Origin: an uncultured delta proteobacterium
GTDB lineage: Bacteria; Desulfobacterota; BSN033; UBA1163
Direction: 5' to 3'
Assembly (NCBI GenBank): GCA_963708295.1
Contig: CAVPSJ010000011.1
Coordinates: forward strand, 160,001 to 224,000
Length of the DNA: 64,000 nucleotides
The position numbers were made by a program, and so were the translations under genes. Below the pieces are notes generated by a model that was given only the letters and a program-made list of their open reading frames with translations, ran no database searches and was not told the DNA's origin. Shown here piece after piece: positions 21,164-31,918 of the stretch (its first letter is position 1; each line of letters starts with the position of its first letter).

Positions 21164-21258
21164 ACTTCCCTCCTTCCTTCCTTCTTTTTCCCAACACAGA
21201 GGTCCCTGACTCGCCCTCAGGGACTTCTGTGGGTTTTCACAAAATTCAAACAATAAAA

Positions 21259-21287
21259 TTGACAATAACACTTTAATCGGTTATTTT
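21259..21287 (+). promoter_or_regulatory. Sigma70-like promoter of ccsA
   Basis: TTGACA-N17-TATTTT. Confidence 0.55.
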
Positions 21288-21325
21288 GGAATTAAATCTG
21301 CTGCTTACGCTCTTGGAGTATAGAG

Positions 21326-22174
21326 ATGGGTTCTTTCATATCAAGCCAAACATTTTTTAATATTTCGATGGGTATCTATCTCTTTTGTTTCCTGGGTTAT
21401 CTCATCTTTACAGCCACAAGAAATAGAAGTCTCGGAACCCTCTCCAGTTTCTTGCTCATCATTGGACTTCTTATTCATTCAGGAGGCCTTGTCGTCCGCT
21501 GGGTGGAGACACATCAGACGGGTTACGGCTATATCCCCCTGTCCAATATGTATGAATCCCTGATCTTCTTCTCTTGGACCATTGTTTTGATCTATCTTAT
21601 TCTGGAATTGAAATATCGGCAGAAAATCATAGGGGTTTTTGTCACTCCTTTTGCTTTCCTGGCGATCGCCCTTACCTCCATCATCCCAGGCATAGATGCA
21701 AAGATCACCCCCCTGATGCCTGCCCTCCAGAGCAATTGGTTAACCATCCATGTGACCACCTGTTTTTTTGGATATGCAGCCTTCGCGGTGTCTTTTGGAG
21801 TCAGCATTCTTTATTTAATCCGAGACAAGAAGGGGTCGCCTAAGGAGGAAGGTTCAAAATGGCTGCCTTCGACCCAAATTCTGGATGAGATCAACTATAA
21901 ATCGATTGTGATCGGGTTTCCCATGTTGAGCTTGGGCATTATTACAGGTGCGGCATGGGCAAATTATGCGTGGGGGACTTACTGGAGCTGGGATCCCAAA
22001 GAGACCTGGTCTCTCATTACTTGGTTTGTTTATGCCGCCTTCTTACATGCTCGATTTACAAGGGATTGGAGAGGAAGAAAGGCCGCGATTCTGTCGATTG
22101 TCGGGTTCGTTGCAGTCTTATTTACCTATTTTGGCGTGAATTACATTCTTTCAGGACTCCATAGCTACGCTTAG
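21326..22174 (+). CDS. ccsA: Cytochrome c biogenesis system II protein CcsA/ResC
   Basis: WANYAWGTYWSWDPKETW (WWD domain) and C-terminal SGLHSYA. Confidence 0.93.
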   Translation: MGSFISSQTFFNISMGIYLFCFLGYLIFTATRNRSLGTLSSFLLIIGLLIHSGGLVVRWVETHQTGYGYIPLSNMYESLIFFSWTIVLIYLILELKYRQKIIGVFVTPFAFLAIALTSIIPGIDAKITPLMPALQSNWLTIHVTTCFFGYAAFAVSFGVSILYLIRDKKGSPKEEGSKWLPSTQILDEINYKSIVIGFPMLSLGIITGAAWANYAWGTYWSWDPKETWSLITWFVYAAFLHARFTRDWRGRKAAILSIVGFVAVLFTYFGVNYILSGLHSYA

Positions 22175-22178
22175 CCGA

Positions 22179-22604
22179 TTAAAAGCGATAGAGCTCCTCG
22201 TCATACATGTGAACCCAATTCTTTCTCAGAACCTGCACCGCTTCATCCATTTTATCCACGCCAACAATGAGTACGGTCTTTTCCCCTGTTCCAAGGCAGG
22301 TATAGAGATATTTCACATTAATAGAAAGTTCTTTAAGGGGTTTTAGAACGGCGTTCAAGCCTCCTGGATGATTGGGAGTTTCCACCGCTAATACATCTGA
22401 CATTTTTATCGAATAACCGTGGCTCTTAAGGATATTGGCAGCTTTTTCAGGATCGTTTGCCACGAATCGAACAGCACTGATGTCTGCGGTGTCAGCGACA
22501 CTGAGGGCGATGATGTTGACGCCGTTCTCGCCTAAATACTCACTCACCTCGGAGAGTTTACCAGGAACATTTTCGAGACTAACAGAGATTTGCTTGACAG
22601 GCAT
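22179..22604 (-). CDS. Tandem ACT-domain protein
   Basis: QISVSLENVPGKL and NHPGGL motifs. Confidence 0.85.
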   Translation of the reverse strand: MPVKQISVSLENVPGKLSEVSEYLGENGVNIIALSVADTADISAVRFVANDPEKAANILKSHGYSIKMSDVLAVETPNHPGGLNAVLKPLKELSINVKYLYTCLGTGEKTVLIVGVDKMDEAVQVLRKNWVHMYDEELYRF

Positions 22605-22619
22605 GTCCCCTCCCCTTGA

Positions 22620-23156
22620 TCATTTCAGATAGTCAAACCCCAATTGCAATGCAGCTTTATTGGATTTAACCACTCCTGGATTTCGGCCGCCAAAAGTATC
22701 TTTCACGACTTTAAGCATCGTGTCCAGTGAGGCCAGACCGGATTTCTTAATAAAGGCTCCCAGCATGATCATATTGGCCACTTTGCTCCCAAGGGATTCT
22801 TTGGCCAGGTCATTGACTGGAACTTCAAAAATCTCTAAATCCCCCCGGACGGGCCTTGACTCAACCATGCTCGAATTCAAAAAAATCGTACCCCCGGATT
22901 GGACCTGGTTCTGAAATCGGAATAACGACGGACTATTCATCAATACGGCAAATTCAGGTTGTGAAGCGACCGGTGAGGCAATCTCTTCTGTAGAGATAAC
23001 GACTGTGCAATTAGCTGTCCCCCCCCTGACCTCGGCTCCGTAGGAAGGCAAACAGGTGACATTTTTCTCCTCATACATTCCAGCAATCGCCAATAGGTAA
23101 CCCATCATGATCACCCCCTGGCCGCCAAATCCGGAAAAAATCGTCTTAATGAGCAT
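22620..23156 (-). CDS. 2-oxoacid:ferredoxin oxidoreductase gamma subunit
   Basis: GFGGQG, PSYGAEVRGG and NMIMLGA motifs. Confidence 0.9.
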   Translation of the reverse strand: MLIKTIFSGFGGQGVIMMGYLLAIAGMYEEKNVTCLPSYGAEVRGGTANCTVVISTEEIASPVASQPEFAVLMNSPSLFRFQNQVQSGGTIFLNSSMVESRPVRGDLEIFEVPVNDLAKESLGSKVANMIMLGAFIKKSGLASLDTMLKVVKDTFGGRNPGVVKSNKAALQLGFDYLK

Positions 23157-23907
23157 CCTTTTTATCCCCGGTGACATCTTTCAGTATTCCGAGAGGGAAA
23201 TGGACGGTCATCACCTCGTCGATCCATTTACAGGCTTGAACTGGCTCCATCTTCCAGTTGGTAGGGCATGGAGATAAGACCTCGACGAGCGAAAACCCAT
23301 GTCCCTCGAGTTGAACGCGAAAGGCTTTCGCAATTGCCTTTTTGGTCTTCAAAATGTTCGCCGGGCTGTTAACCGCCGTCCTTTCAATATAGGCACTGCC
23401 CCTGGCAACAGCGAGCATTTCGCTAAGATTGATCGGCAGCCCATCTCTTTTTTCTTTCCTCCCCCCAGGTGTCGTCGTGGTGTTTTGGCCCAAAATCGTA
23501 GTCGGAGCCATCTGCCCCCCGGTCATTCCATAGACCCCATTGTTGACAAAGATGGTGGAAATGTTTTCTCCCCGAGAGGCTGCATGAATCGTCTCAGCCG
23601 TCCCAATGGCGGCGATATCCCCATCGCCTTGATACGTAAAAACCACACGATCGGGAAGCGCCCTCTTCATCCCGGTGGCTAAGGCGGCTCCTCTTCCGTG
23701 TGAGGCTTCCCCCATATCAATATCAAAGTAAAAATAAGCTAGGACGGCACACCCTGCTGGCGGGATACCAATGATTTTTTCTTGAAGGTTCATCTCATCA
23801 ATGACCTCGCCAACGATTCGATGCAAGAGGCTATGCCCGCATCCCGGACAATAGTGAAATGGGGCTTTTTTGAGAGATTTCGGCCTGGAAAATATCTTTT
23901 TCATCAA
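23146..23907 (-). CDS. 2-oxoacid:ferredoxin oxidoreductase beta (TPP-binding) subunit
   Basis: YCPGCGH, QGDGD and NNGVYGMTGGQ motifs. Confidence 0.92.
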   Translation of the reverse strand: MMKKIFSRPKSLKKAPFHYCPGCGHSLLHRIVGEVIDEMNLQEKIIGIPPAGCAVLAYFYFDIDMGEASHGRGAALATGMKRALPDRVVFTYQGDGDIAAIGTAETIHAASRGENISTIFVNNGVYGMTGGQMAPTTILGQNTTTTPGGRKEKRDGLPINLSEMLAVARGSAYIERTAVNSPANILKTKKAIAKAFRVQLEGHGFSLVEVLSPCPTNWKMEPVQACKWIDEVMTVHFPLGILKDVTGDKKDAH

Positions 23908-23911
23908 TCGA

Positions 23912-24982
23912 CTATCCTATCTTCTTCTGATAATAATAGCTGGAGATCACTCTTGAAATTTCCAGAGGGGTCAGGATAACTCCGCCCGGCCTGCCATAAA
24001 AGTGAACCTCTCCGCTCCCTTCGAGCGCTAATTTGACGTCCTCTACCATTTGGCCCATATTCATTTCAAATACAAAAAAGTGCTTCGCTTTCTTCGTCAG
24101 CTCTTTGATGGCCTTATAGGGGAAAGGCCAAAGCGAAATGGGTCGGATCAACCCCACTTTCAGCCCTTCATCCCTCATTCTCTTGATCGCCCCTTTGGCA
24201 ATTCTGGCTGCGATTCCAAAGGCAACCACCATTAACTTCGCGTCATCAGCAAAAGTTGTCTCCCATCTTATCTCTTCTCTGCTAATCCTTTCATATTTCC
24301 TCATCAATTTCCAGTTGTGTTCTTCTTCCTCGAAGGGGTCTAAAATGAGCGATCGAAGGAACCGGCTGGGTCTTCCCTTGGCACCCGTCAGGGTCCAGTC
24401 CTTTTGAGGCAGCTTCTTTATTTGAACCTCAAGGGGCAATTCAACGGGCTCCATCATCTGTCCAAGCATCCCATCTCCAAGGATGATGACAGGTATCCTG
24501 TATCTATCAGCCAGGTCGAATGCTTCATAGGTTAAATTAGCAAGCTCTTGGCAGGAGTTGGGAGCCAGGACGATATTGCGGTAATCTCCGTGCCCGCCTC
24601 CTCTTGTAGCCTGGAAATAATCAGATTGGGCCGGTGCAATGTTGCCAAGACCGGGCCCACCTCGGCTCATGTTCACGATCACTGCAGGCAACTCTAAGGC
24701 GGATAGAAAAGAAATACCCTCCTGCTTGAGGCTGATTCCAGGGCCTGAGGAGGAGGTCATCACTCTTCCTCCTGCCATACTGGCACCGATCACCATATGG
24801 ATTGAGGCGACTTCGCTTTCTGCCTGGATAAAAACCCCACCCTCCACCTTCGATAGCCTCTCTGACATATATTCGGGGATCTCGTTTTGCGGGGTAATAG
24901 GGTATCCGAAATAGAAACGGCATCCCGCGCGGACCGCTGATTCAGCAAGGGCATGATTCCCGCGCATCAATACTTTAGGCAC
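23912..24982 (-). CDS. vorB: 2-oxoacid:ferredoxin oxidoreductase alpha subunit (VorB-like)
   Basis: GYPITPQ, QAESE, TSSSGPG and RGGPGLG motifs; GTG start overlaps the ferredoxin stop. Confidence 0.85.
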   Translation of the reverse strand: MPKVLMRGNHALAESAVRAGCRFYFGYPITPQNEIPEYMSERLSKVEGGVFIQAESEVASIHMVIGASMAGGRVMTSSSGPGISLKQEGISFLSALELPAVIVNMSRGGPGLGNIAPAQSDYFQATRGGGHGDYRNIVLAPNSCQELANLTYEAFDLADRYRIPVIILGDGMLGQMMEPVELPLEVQIKKLPQKDWTLTGAKGRPSRFLRSLILDPFEEEEHNWKLMRKYERISREEIRWETTFADDAKLMVVAFGIAARIAKGAIKRMRDEGLKVGLIRPISLWPFPYKAIKELTKKAKHFFVFEMNMGQMVEDVKLALEGSGEVHFYGRPGGVILTPLEISRVISSYYYQKKIG

Positions 24983-25208
24983 GATACACCTCGATGGCAA
25001 TTTCCGGGCATGCGATGGCACAGAGGCAACATCCCGTGCATTTTCTGCCCTCTTTTTTCACCTGTTTTTCAATAAAAACGGCAGGGTAATATCCCTTCTG
25101 ATTCATTCGATCAGAAGACTCTATCAAACGATGAGGACAAACAGAAACGCACAACTTGCAGTCTTTACACAATTCCGAATCGATCTCGATCATTCCAGCC
25201 GCCAACAC
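24975..25208 (-). CDS. 2x[4Fe-4S] ferredoxin (delta subunit)
   Basis: CKDCKLCVSVCP and CTGCCLCAIACP. Confidence 0.9.
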   Translation of the reverse strand: MLAAGMIEIDSELCKDCKLCVSVCPHRLIESSDRMNQKGYYPAVFIEKQVKKEGRKCTGCCLCAIACPEIAIEVYRA

Positions 25209-25328
25209 TTACCTCCACGAGTATTATCTCACGATGTGAACCATCACGTTATAATCTTGACCAAATAAACATTTTATTATAAAGTTTAATATCTTTAAAA
25301 TCAATGCCTTTAGGCTGCCGTCTGAATT

Positions 25329-26291
25329 TTGATGAACCTTTCGTTAGAACGCCTCGATAAAGAACAAAAGCGTTTAATTATGATTGGAGGAAAAGGAGGT
25401 GTAGGAAAGACCACCTGTGCCTCTGCAATTGCGCTCCATTTTTCCCTCCAGGGAAAAAAGACTTTGATCATCTCCAGCGACCCCACCCCTTCTCTTTCAG
25501 ACATATTTGAAACGGAGATCGGAGATCTGGAAACCCCTATTCAGAATGCGAATAACCTCTACGGGATTGAGATCAGTTCTGAAGGGGTCCTCAAGAAATG
25601 GAAAGAAAGATTCGGGCCTGAAATCTACGAGGTCGTTTCATCCTTTACCTCGCTCGATTACGACTTTGTTGATTATATCGGCGGGGCACCGGGTATCGAA
25701 GAAGAATACATGCTCAATTATATCTTAGAGATGGTTGAAAGCGCGCAATACGATTTGGTCGTCTGGGATACGGCGCCCGCGGGCCATACCCTCCGCCTTC
25801 TCCATCTTCCTCAGATCTTTCTGAAACATCTTGAGGCTGCCACGAAATTTTACATGAATCTGTATAGTTATTTTGACAAGTTAAAGGAAAGTGTGAAGTT
25901 AAAAAAAGGGAAAAGATCTCTCTTGGAAATTATAAGCGGATGGGAGGACTTAGCGGAAAAAGTGGTCAGCTTCATTCGTGATCCTCAGAAATCTGACTTC
26001 ATCATCGTAACCATACCTGAAGCGCTTGGTGTAAGACAGACGGAGAGGATCATTAAAGACTTTGACGAATATCAACTCAACGTAAAACATCTGATTATCA
26101 ATTACGTCATTCAAGAGGCAGATTGTGATTTTCATAAGATTAGAAAAGAGATGCAGCAAAACTATATCCAGATACTGAAAAAGCAATATTCTCCGAGAAT
26201 CGGGCTTATAGAGATCCCGCTGATGCCCCAGGAGGTTAAGGGGGTAGAGAGGATTCGTAAGGTTTCAGAGATCCTCTTTAGATCCTCATAA
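25329..26291 (+). CDS. ArsA/GET3-family ATPase (single domain)
   Basis: GGKGGVGKTT, SSDPTPSL and DTAPAGHT motifs. Confidence 0.9.
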   Translation: MMNLSLERLDKEQKRLIMIGGKGGVGKTTCASAIALHFSLQGKKTLIISSDPTPSLSDIFETEIGDLETPIQNANNLYGIEISSEGVLKKWKERFGPEIYEVVSSFTSLDYDFVDYIGGAPGIEEEYMLNYILEMVESAQYDLVVWDTAPAGHTLRLLHLPQIFLKHLEAATKFYMNLYSYFDKLKESVKLKKGKRSLLEIISGWEDLAEKVVSFIRDPQKSDFIIVTIPEALGVRQTERIIKDFDEYQLNVKHLIINYVIQEADCDFHKIRKEMQQNYIQILKKQYSPRIGLIEIPLMPQEVKGVERIRKVSEILFRSS

Positions 26292-26442
26292 TTCTTAGGA
26301 ACTCAAGAGTAGTCCGGGTAGGTGTTTAAGTTCAACATCAAATTTCGAATGAACTCAAAAGCTTAAATGCCAAAAACTAATTTAGCATCTTAAGAATTGA
26401 AACCTTTTGAAATTTGGTCATTTGTCATTCGTTTGACATTTG

Positions 26443-26482
26443 CCTGTCTGCGCGAAGCCCCGCCTTGCGGGACGAAGGCAGG
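26443..26482. repeat. 40-bp palindromic REP-like element, copy 1
   Basis: Reverse complement matches 47912-47951 at 38/40 positions. Confidence 0.8.
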
Positions 26483-26542
26483 GATTTTGGCATTTGACAT
26501 TGATTTACTTCACGAGATTTTCAATTTTATGCGGAGGAAACC

Positions 26543-27739
26543 ATGTCTATATTATCGAGTCGCGCAAAGAGTTTAAAACCTTCCCCTACCCTCGCCATCA
26601 ATGCCAAGGCAAAATCGATGCAAGCTCAAGGAATTCACGTCATCAGCTTTGGCGCAGGGGAACCGGATTTCGATACTCCGGAAAACATCAAGCAAGCTGC
26701 GAAGAAGGCCCTAGATGAGGGCTTTACCAAATATACTGCGGTTGGAGGTATAGACGAGTTAAAGGACGCAATCATCAAGAAATTTCAAAGAGATAGTGGC
26801 TTATCCTACAAAAGGGCTGAGATCATTGTTTCATGTGGAGGCAAACATTCTTTCTACAATCTGGCACAGGCTATATTCGATCAAGGGGATGAGGTTATCA
26901 TTCCAGCTCCTTATTGGGTTTCGTATCCTCCCATGGTCTCCCTGGCCGGCGGAACACCGGTGATCGTTGAAACAACGGAGAAGAATGCCTTTAAAATAAC
27001 CCCGGAGGATTTGAAAAAGGCCATCACGCCAAAAACCAAAGCCTTGATCATCAATAGTCCTTCCAATCCTACGGGAAGCGCTTATACCAAAAAGGATTTG
27101 GAGAAAATCGCTGAAATTGCGATTCCGAAAGACTTCTTCGTCATATCGGATGAGATTTATGAAAAGATTGTTTATGATGGGTTCGATTTTATAAGCATCG
27201 CTTCTCTAAGCGAAGAGATGAAGAAGAAAACGATCATTGTCCACGGAGTAGCCAAGACCTATGCCATGACGGGCTGGAGAATCGGCTATACCGCCGGATC
27301 CGATGAGATTATTTCAGCCATGAACAATATCCAGAGCCAGAGCACCTCTAACCCTACTTCCATCGCCCAGAAGGCTTCTGTTGAGGCTCTGGCCGGTCCG
27401 CAGGATGAAGTGGAAAAGATGGTTTCCGCCTTCGCCCAGAGACGGAATTACATTGTTGATCGTTTAAATAAGATGCCGGGGGTGTCTTGCTATAAGCCGG
27501 CAGGAGCCTTCTACGTCTTTCCGAATTTCTCTTCTTATTACGGCAGGGCCTATCAAACCAAGAAAATCGAAAACTCCACACACCTGGCCGACTTTTTCCT
27601 GGATGTAGCAAGAGTGGCTGTGGTCCCGGGAGTCGAATTCGGCGCCGATCCCTTCGAAAGACTCTCTTATGCGACTTCCCTGGAGAACATTAAGGAGGGG
27701 TTGGACCGGATCGAAGAGAGCCTGAACAAATTGAGTTGA
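26543..27739 (+). CDS. PLP-dependent class I (aspartate-type) aminotransferase
   Basis: GEPDF, NSPSNPTG, SDEIY and AKTYAMTGWRIG motifs. Confidence 0.93.
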   Translation: MSILSSRAKSLKPSPTLAINAKAKSMQAQGIHVISFGAGEPDFDTPENIKQAAKKALDEGFTKYTAVGGIDELKDAIIKKFQRDSGLSYKRAEIIVSCGGKHSFYNLAQAIFDQGDEVIIPAPYWVSYPPMVSLAGGTPVIVETTEKNAFKITPEDLKKAITPKTKALIINSPSNPTGSAYTKKDLEKIAEIAIPKDFFVISDEIYEKIVYDGFDFISIASLSEEMKKKTIIVHGVAKTYAMTGWRIGYTAGSDEIISAMNNIQSQSTSNPTSIAQKASVEALAGPQDEVEKMVSAFAQRRNYIVDRLNKMPGVSCYKPAGAFYVFPNFSSYYGRAYQTKKIENSTHLADFFLDVARVAVVPGVEFGADPFERLSYATSLENIKEGLDRIEESLNKLS

Positions 27740-27870
27740 TTCCCTCGCCCTTCTCCTCTGCCCACTGGAGAAAGGGCGGGATGGGCGGGGAATCGAGCCA
27801 TGGCGAGACTTGCGGGACATGTCCCGGTCAGAATTGTTTCTGCGTTTGTATTAGTGTACTTCTTCTTTTA

Positions 27871-30407
27871 CTATTTCTTCTCCTTCGCTTTCTTGCTTTT
27901 TTCGAACTCTTCCTTAAGCCCTTGTATTTTTTCCTTGAACTCATCCGTGACTGTTTTCGACTGAGTTTCGTCTGTGATGATATGGGGGGTGAGAAGAAGG
28001 ATCAATTCTCTTCTCTCATCCTTGCGCTGGTTCTTTCCGAAGAAATAGCCAAGAAGAGGGATTCTGGCTAAGAGAGGAACTCCCTGGTTTGAATTGTCTT
28101 TTTCCTTCCTGATCAATCCGCCAATGGCAATCGTCTGGCCCTCTTTAATGGAAACGACTGTTTTGGCAGTTGTCTTGTTGAAGGCAGGAACTGAAAAGGT
28201 CGAAGACGCGGCTGCTACGCCACCAATTGCTACGCTCGTATCTTTCCTTCCGATTTCCCTGGAGGTTAAACTGCTCTCCTCAATGGACAGCTCCAACGTC
28301 ACCAATCCTCCGTCACTGATGCGGGGAGTAATACCCAGGATCGTGCCGATATCCTTGTACTCGATCGTTCCCTCGACAAACCCGGTAGGTGTCGTGGCTG
28401 TTGCGGTTCCAGTTGAAGTATAGGTGTTTGTAAGGATGGGCTCCGATGTCCCGACCTGAATCTTGGCCTCCTTATTGTTGGAGGCAAGGAGATTGGGCGA
28501 GGTAAGCACTCTGGCGCGCCCAAGAGTAGCAGCCGCCGAGATTGCAGCAGCAAACCTGCCGGCTTGTTCAATCGCGTAGCTTATTCCGGGCCCAGCTGCA
28601 GCCGAAATACCCGTACTCGATGCAAAATTTCCATACTGAATTGTCTGTGCCCATTTTCCACCGTCCGAGTATTTCACAAGGTCTATGCCCAATTGCTCGT
28701 TATCCGTTAGAAGGATATCCGCCAACAAGATCTCAATTAAGACCTGTCTTGGGTAGATGTCTAATTTCTTGATGGTTTCCAGGATTCCCTTATAGTCCCT
28801 GGCAAAGGACCGGACCACCAGCGCGTTGTTTGTCTCATCGACGACGACGTTGATCTCCCCTTCCGGAACGCCCGTTCCCTCCGTTGGCGTAGAAGGAGGA
28901 GCAGAGGGAGCGGTGGGGAGCGGTTTGGTCCCTCTGGGAACTTGTTCCGCCACCTTATCCTTGAACTCCGTTTTTTTGTCTTTGCTTGTCACATAGACCT
29001 GCTTCAAGACTTCAGCCAGGTCCTTGGCCTTGGAATTCTGACAATGATAGACAAAGACGCTGTATTTTGTTCCTTCCATGGGAATCTTGTCGAGTTCTTT
29101 CAGCCATGCTTCCACCTTTTCAAAGATACTTGGAATGGAACTTACGGCGAGAAGGGAGTTAATGCGGGTAATCGGCGTAAAGGTGATTCCCACCCCTCTC
29201 CCTGATTTTGTGGAGACTTCAAAAGAAGAAAAAATCTTCTCCATCTCTTTGGCAACCTCCGCGACATCGGCGTTGAGGACCGGATAGATCCTGACCTTTA
29301 AGTCGGTGAAGATGTCGATATCAAAAAGATTGATGATCTCCATCGATTTCTTCACGTTCGACGCCAGGTCGCCAATGATGAGGATATTGCTCGGAGGGTT
29401 CTCCACGATATCCGCTCCGTCCGAAAGGAAGGGTTTGATCATCTTGGAAACTTCCGCCACAGGAACGTACTTCAACGGGAGAATCTGAATGATATACCTC
29501 TCCTCGGAAGAAGGCTTCCCCGAATCTTGCGGGGAGGAAAGTGAAGTGGGCAGCTTTTTCGCTTCCGGCAATGGGACGATCTCATAAATGCCGTCTCTCT
29601 TAACGGCAGTGGCTCCGTTTAATCTTAATATCGATTGGAAGATAGGAAAGACATCTGCAGATGAGATCTGTCCGGAGGTATGAATGTTGACTACCCCTTT
29701 TACCCTTGGATCAATGATGTAATTGATTTTCAGTATTTCTGACATCACACGGATGACTTCATAGATATCTGCATTGTCGAAATTAAAGACAACGCCTGAC
29801 CCCGTACGAGTCGCACTTACCGGTGAAGAAGGCCGAGTCACCGGGGAGGAAGGAACGGGTATGCCCGGGGCTGACTCTTGACCTGGAGCTGGAACCGAGG
29901 GCTGAGTTTGAGCGGTGGACGGAGGGAGGGGTGTGGCCGGGGTTGCGGGTTGCACTTTTGGCGAAGCAGAAGGCATGAGTGGCTGAGGTCTTCTTGAACG
30001 AGCCGGCGGAGCGCCAGGACCGGGCGTGGGCACTGTCGTTGCGGGTGGAGAAACGGATGTCTCGGGTGAAGAGGGGCAGGTGAAGCTGGGGACGTAGGTA
30101 GAGGCTGAGGCGGAAGGAGAGGTTGGGTTGTTGACGGTGGAGGCGGAGCCGGAGATGGGGTCGTGGCAAGACCTGGAGGCAGAGGTAAAGATTGAGGAGG
30201 AGGAAGCAGTTGGGTTGTTGATGGTTGTGGCATCGCCGGAGGTGGCGTTGTCGCGGGTCCCGGAGGTTGAGGCGGCGATACCTGTGCTACTGTAAGAGTA
30301 TCTTCCATCGGTTCGGCTCTTAATGAGTCCACTCCGAAAGAACCGATGCTTCCGATGACCACGCAAAGAATTAAAGTCTTATTAGTCAAATATCTCCGTT
30401 TCTTCAT
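27871..30407 (-). CDS. gspD: Type II secretion secretin GspD, frameshifted in its Pro-rich linker (about 30075)
   Basis: FNFDNADI N0 domain and secretin C-terminus lie in ORF 27871-30366; the signal peptide and Pro-rich linker lie in the other frame (29838-30446). Confidence 0.85.
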
Positions 30408-30442
30408 ATGATCGTATCCCTTCTTCTCATTATCTCTTTTCT

Positions 30443-31252
30443 TCAATTTCCCTCCGTTTTTTGCGATGGGGCGGAGGGCGGGGAATAGGGTCTTCTTCTT
30501 GGATATTCAGTCCGGGGGAGCGTTGGACTGACAGGGCCTCCAGGTTGCGGCGTAGCTACCCCTACCTGACCCGTCCCCGCAGGAAGAGTAGGTCCGGGTA
30601 CGGCTGCAGGCGGAGTTGGAGATGGTTGGGTTGGCGTTGGCATTGGCGATCCTGGGACAGGGGGTTGAGAAACAGGTTGTGTACTTGTGATGGTGGCGGG
30701 CTTGGTTTCCGTTCTAATCTCACTCCTCCTCTTGGACTTCGATTGGTCATAAAGAAGGACTTCAAATGTATCCCCCTCCGCCTCCAACGTGACCCGATCA
30801 GACGATATTTTTGCCAGCTTATATTCCCCCACCCGCTCCCCCACTTTTACAGTAAATGTCTCTCTCTCGCCCTTCTGGAGGGGTCTCCCAGGGCTGGCGA
30901 GGGAAGCAGCCCTATAATCCCCGATAATCGTTACGCCGTACAAAACGATCTGCGGGCGCACGAGCTGTCTTCCCGCGGCACCTATGGGAGTCGGAAAATC
31001 CTTCCTCTCCGGGCTGAAGATATTCTTCTCAGCGATCGAAGCATAGGTTCTCGCGGAGGTAGGATTCTTCTGAGTTCCAAACGTTGAGAGAACCTCCGTT
31101 TTTTCCACCGGCTTCGGTTGTGGTTTCTTCGCCGTGTCCTTCTCGGGCGCCCATTCTACCGGGAGGGTCCATATCTCATAATTCTTGATCATCAGAAGGA
31201 GGACTAACGCAAGAGCCAAGAAACACAAGAATCCGTACTTCGATGACATCAT
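30443..31252 (-). CDS. T2SS GspC-like protein
   Basis: N-terminal TM, IAEKNIFSPER, beta-rich HR-like region and Pro-rich tail; lies just before gspD. Confidence 0.65.
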   Translation of the reverse strand: MMSSKYGFLCFLALALVLLLMIKNYEIWTLPVEWAPEKDTAKKPQPKPVEKTEVLSTFGTQKNPTSARTYASIAEKNIFSPERKDFPTPIGAAGRQLVRPQIVLYGVTIIGDYRAASLASPGRPLQKGERETFTVKVGERVGEYKLAKISSDRVTLEAEGDTFEVLLYDQSKSKRRSEIRTETKPATITSTQPVSQPPVPGSPMPTPTQPSPTPPAAVPGPTLPAGTGQVGVATPQPGGPVSPTLPRTEYPRRRPYSPPSAPSQKTEGN

Positions 31253-31914
31253 CCCTGCCTCTCTTTTCCCTTGACTTTGTTCTTTTTCATCAACCCGGAG
31301 ATCGTCATGCTCCCTTGGACACTCGTAGGCATTCTTGGGTTGAAGACGAGAAGATCCAGCTCAGAGATCATCAGCTCTTTCTCATGGTGTTCGATATCAT
31401 AGATAAATTGCCCCAGGCCTGTCATACTGCTGATCGGATTGAAGTCAACGTGAAGAGATACCTTCAGGTAGACATTCATCTCTTTGGGGTCCAGTATCCT
31501 GACACTCCGAATGCCGATCCCGTTCTTCTCGGAAAGCCGCTTTACGATCTCCTGGAGATTGGCGGCTCCGAGCTGGGGATTCTCTCCCGACAGGAGCTTC
31601 TGTTGAATCCCTTCGTACTCTTTAGACGTCCAGGCGAGCTCCTCTTCGATCGCCTTACGATTCCGGAGAAACTCTTCATACTTCAATAAGGCTCTTTTCT
31701 TCAGAGCTATCTCCTCTTCCACCTTCTTTTTCGCCTCGATCAGCGGGAGAACACCAAAGGAAATGACCAGGATGACCGCGACGATTCCAGCCAGCAAAAA
31801 AAGAATTCTCTTCTGAGAAAACTTCACTTTCTTCAAGAAATTCAAATTGAAGAATTTCAAGTTGCTGGAGAGCTTTGAGAACTTCAAACTGTTCGGGAAA
31901 ACCCATTTTTTCAA
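31249..31914 (-). CDS. gspM: T2SS GspM-like protein
   Basis: TM, coiled coil and ferredoxin-like fold region; synteny. Confidence 0.7.
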   Translation of the reverse strand: MKKWVFPNSLKFSKLSSNLKFFNLNFLKKVKFSQKRILFLLAGIVAVILVISFGVLPLIEAKKKVEEEIALKKRALLKYEEFLRNRKAIEEELAWTSKEYEGIQQKLLSGENPQLGAANLQEIVKRLSEKNGIGIRSVRILDPKEMNVYLKVSLHVDFNPISSMTGLGQFIYDIEHHEKELMISELDLLVFNPRMPTSVQGSMTISGLMKKNKVKGKERQG

Positions 31915-31918
31915 GCGG

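Noticed and set aside
30070-30366. N-terminus of the 831-aa GspD ORF as called
   Set aside because: No signal peptide; it is the off-frame reading of the Pro-rich linker
30461-31087. 208-aa plus-strand ORF, and similar antisense ORFs such as 43490-44086, 46155-46952 and 47294-47956
   Set aside because: Shadows of well-supported genes on the opposite strand, with no recognisable motifs
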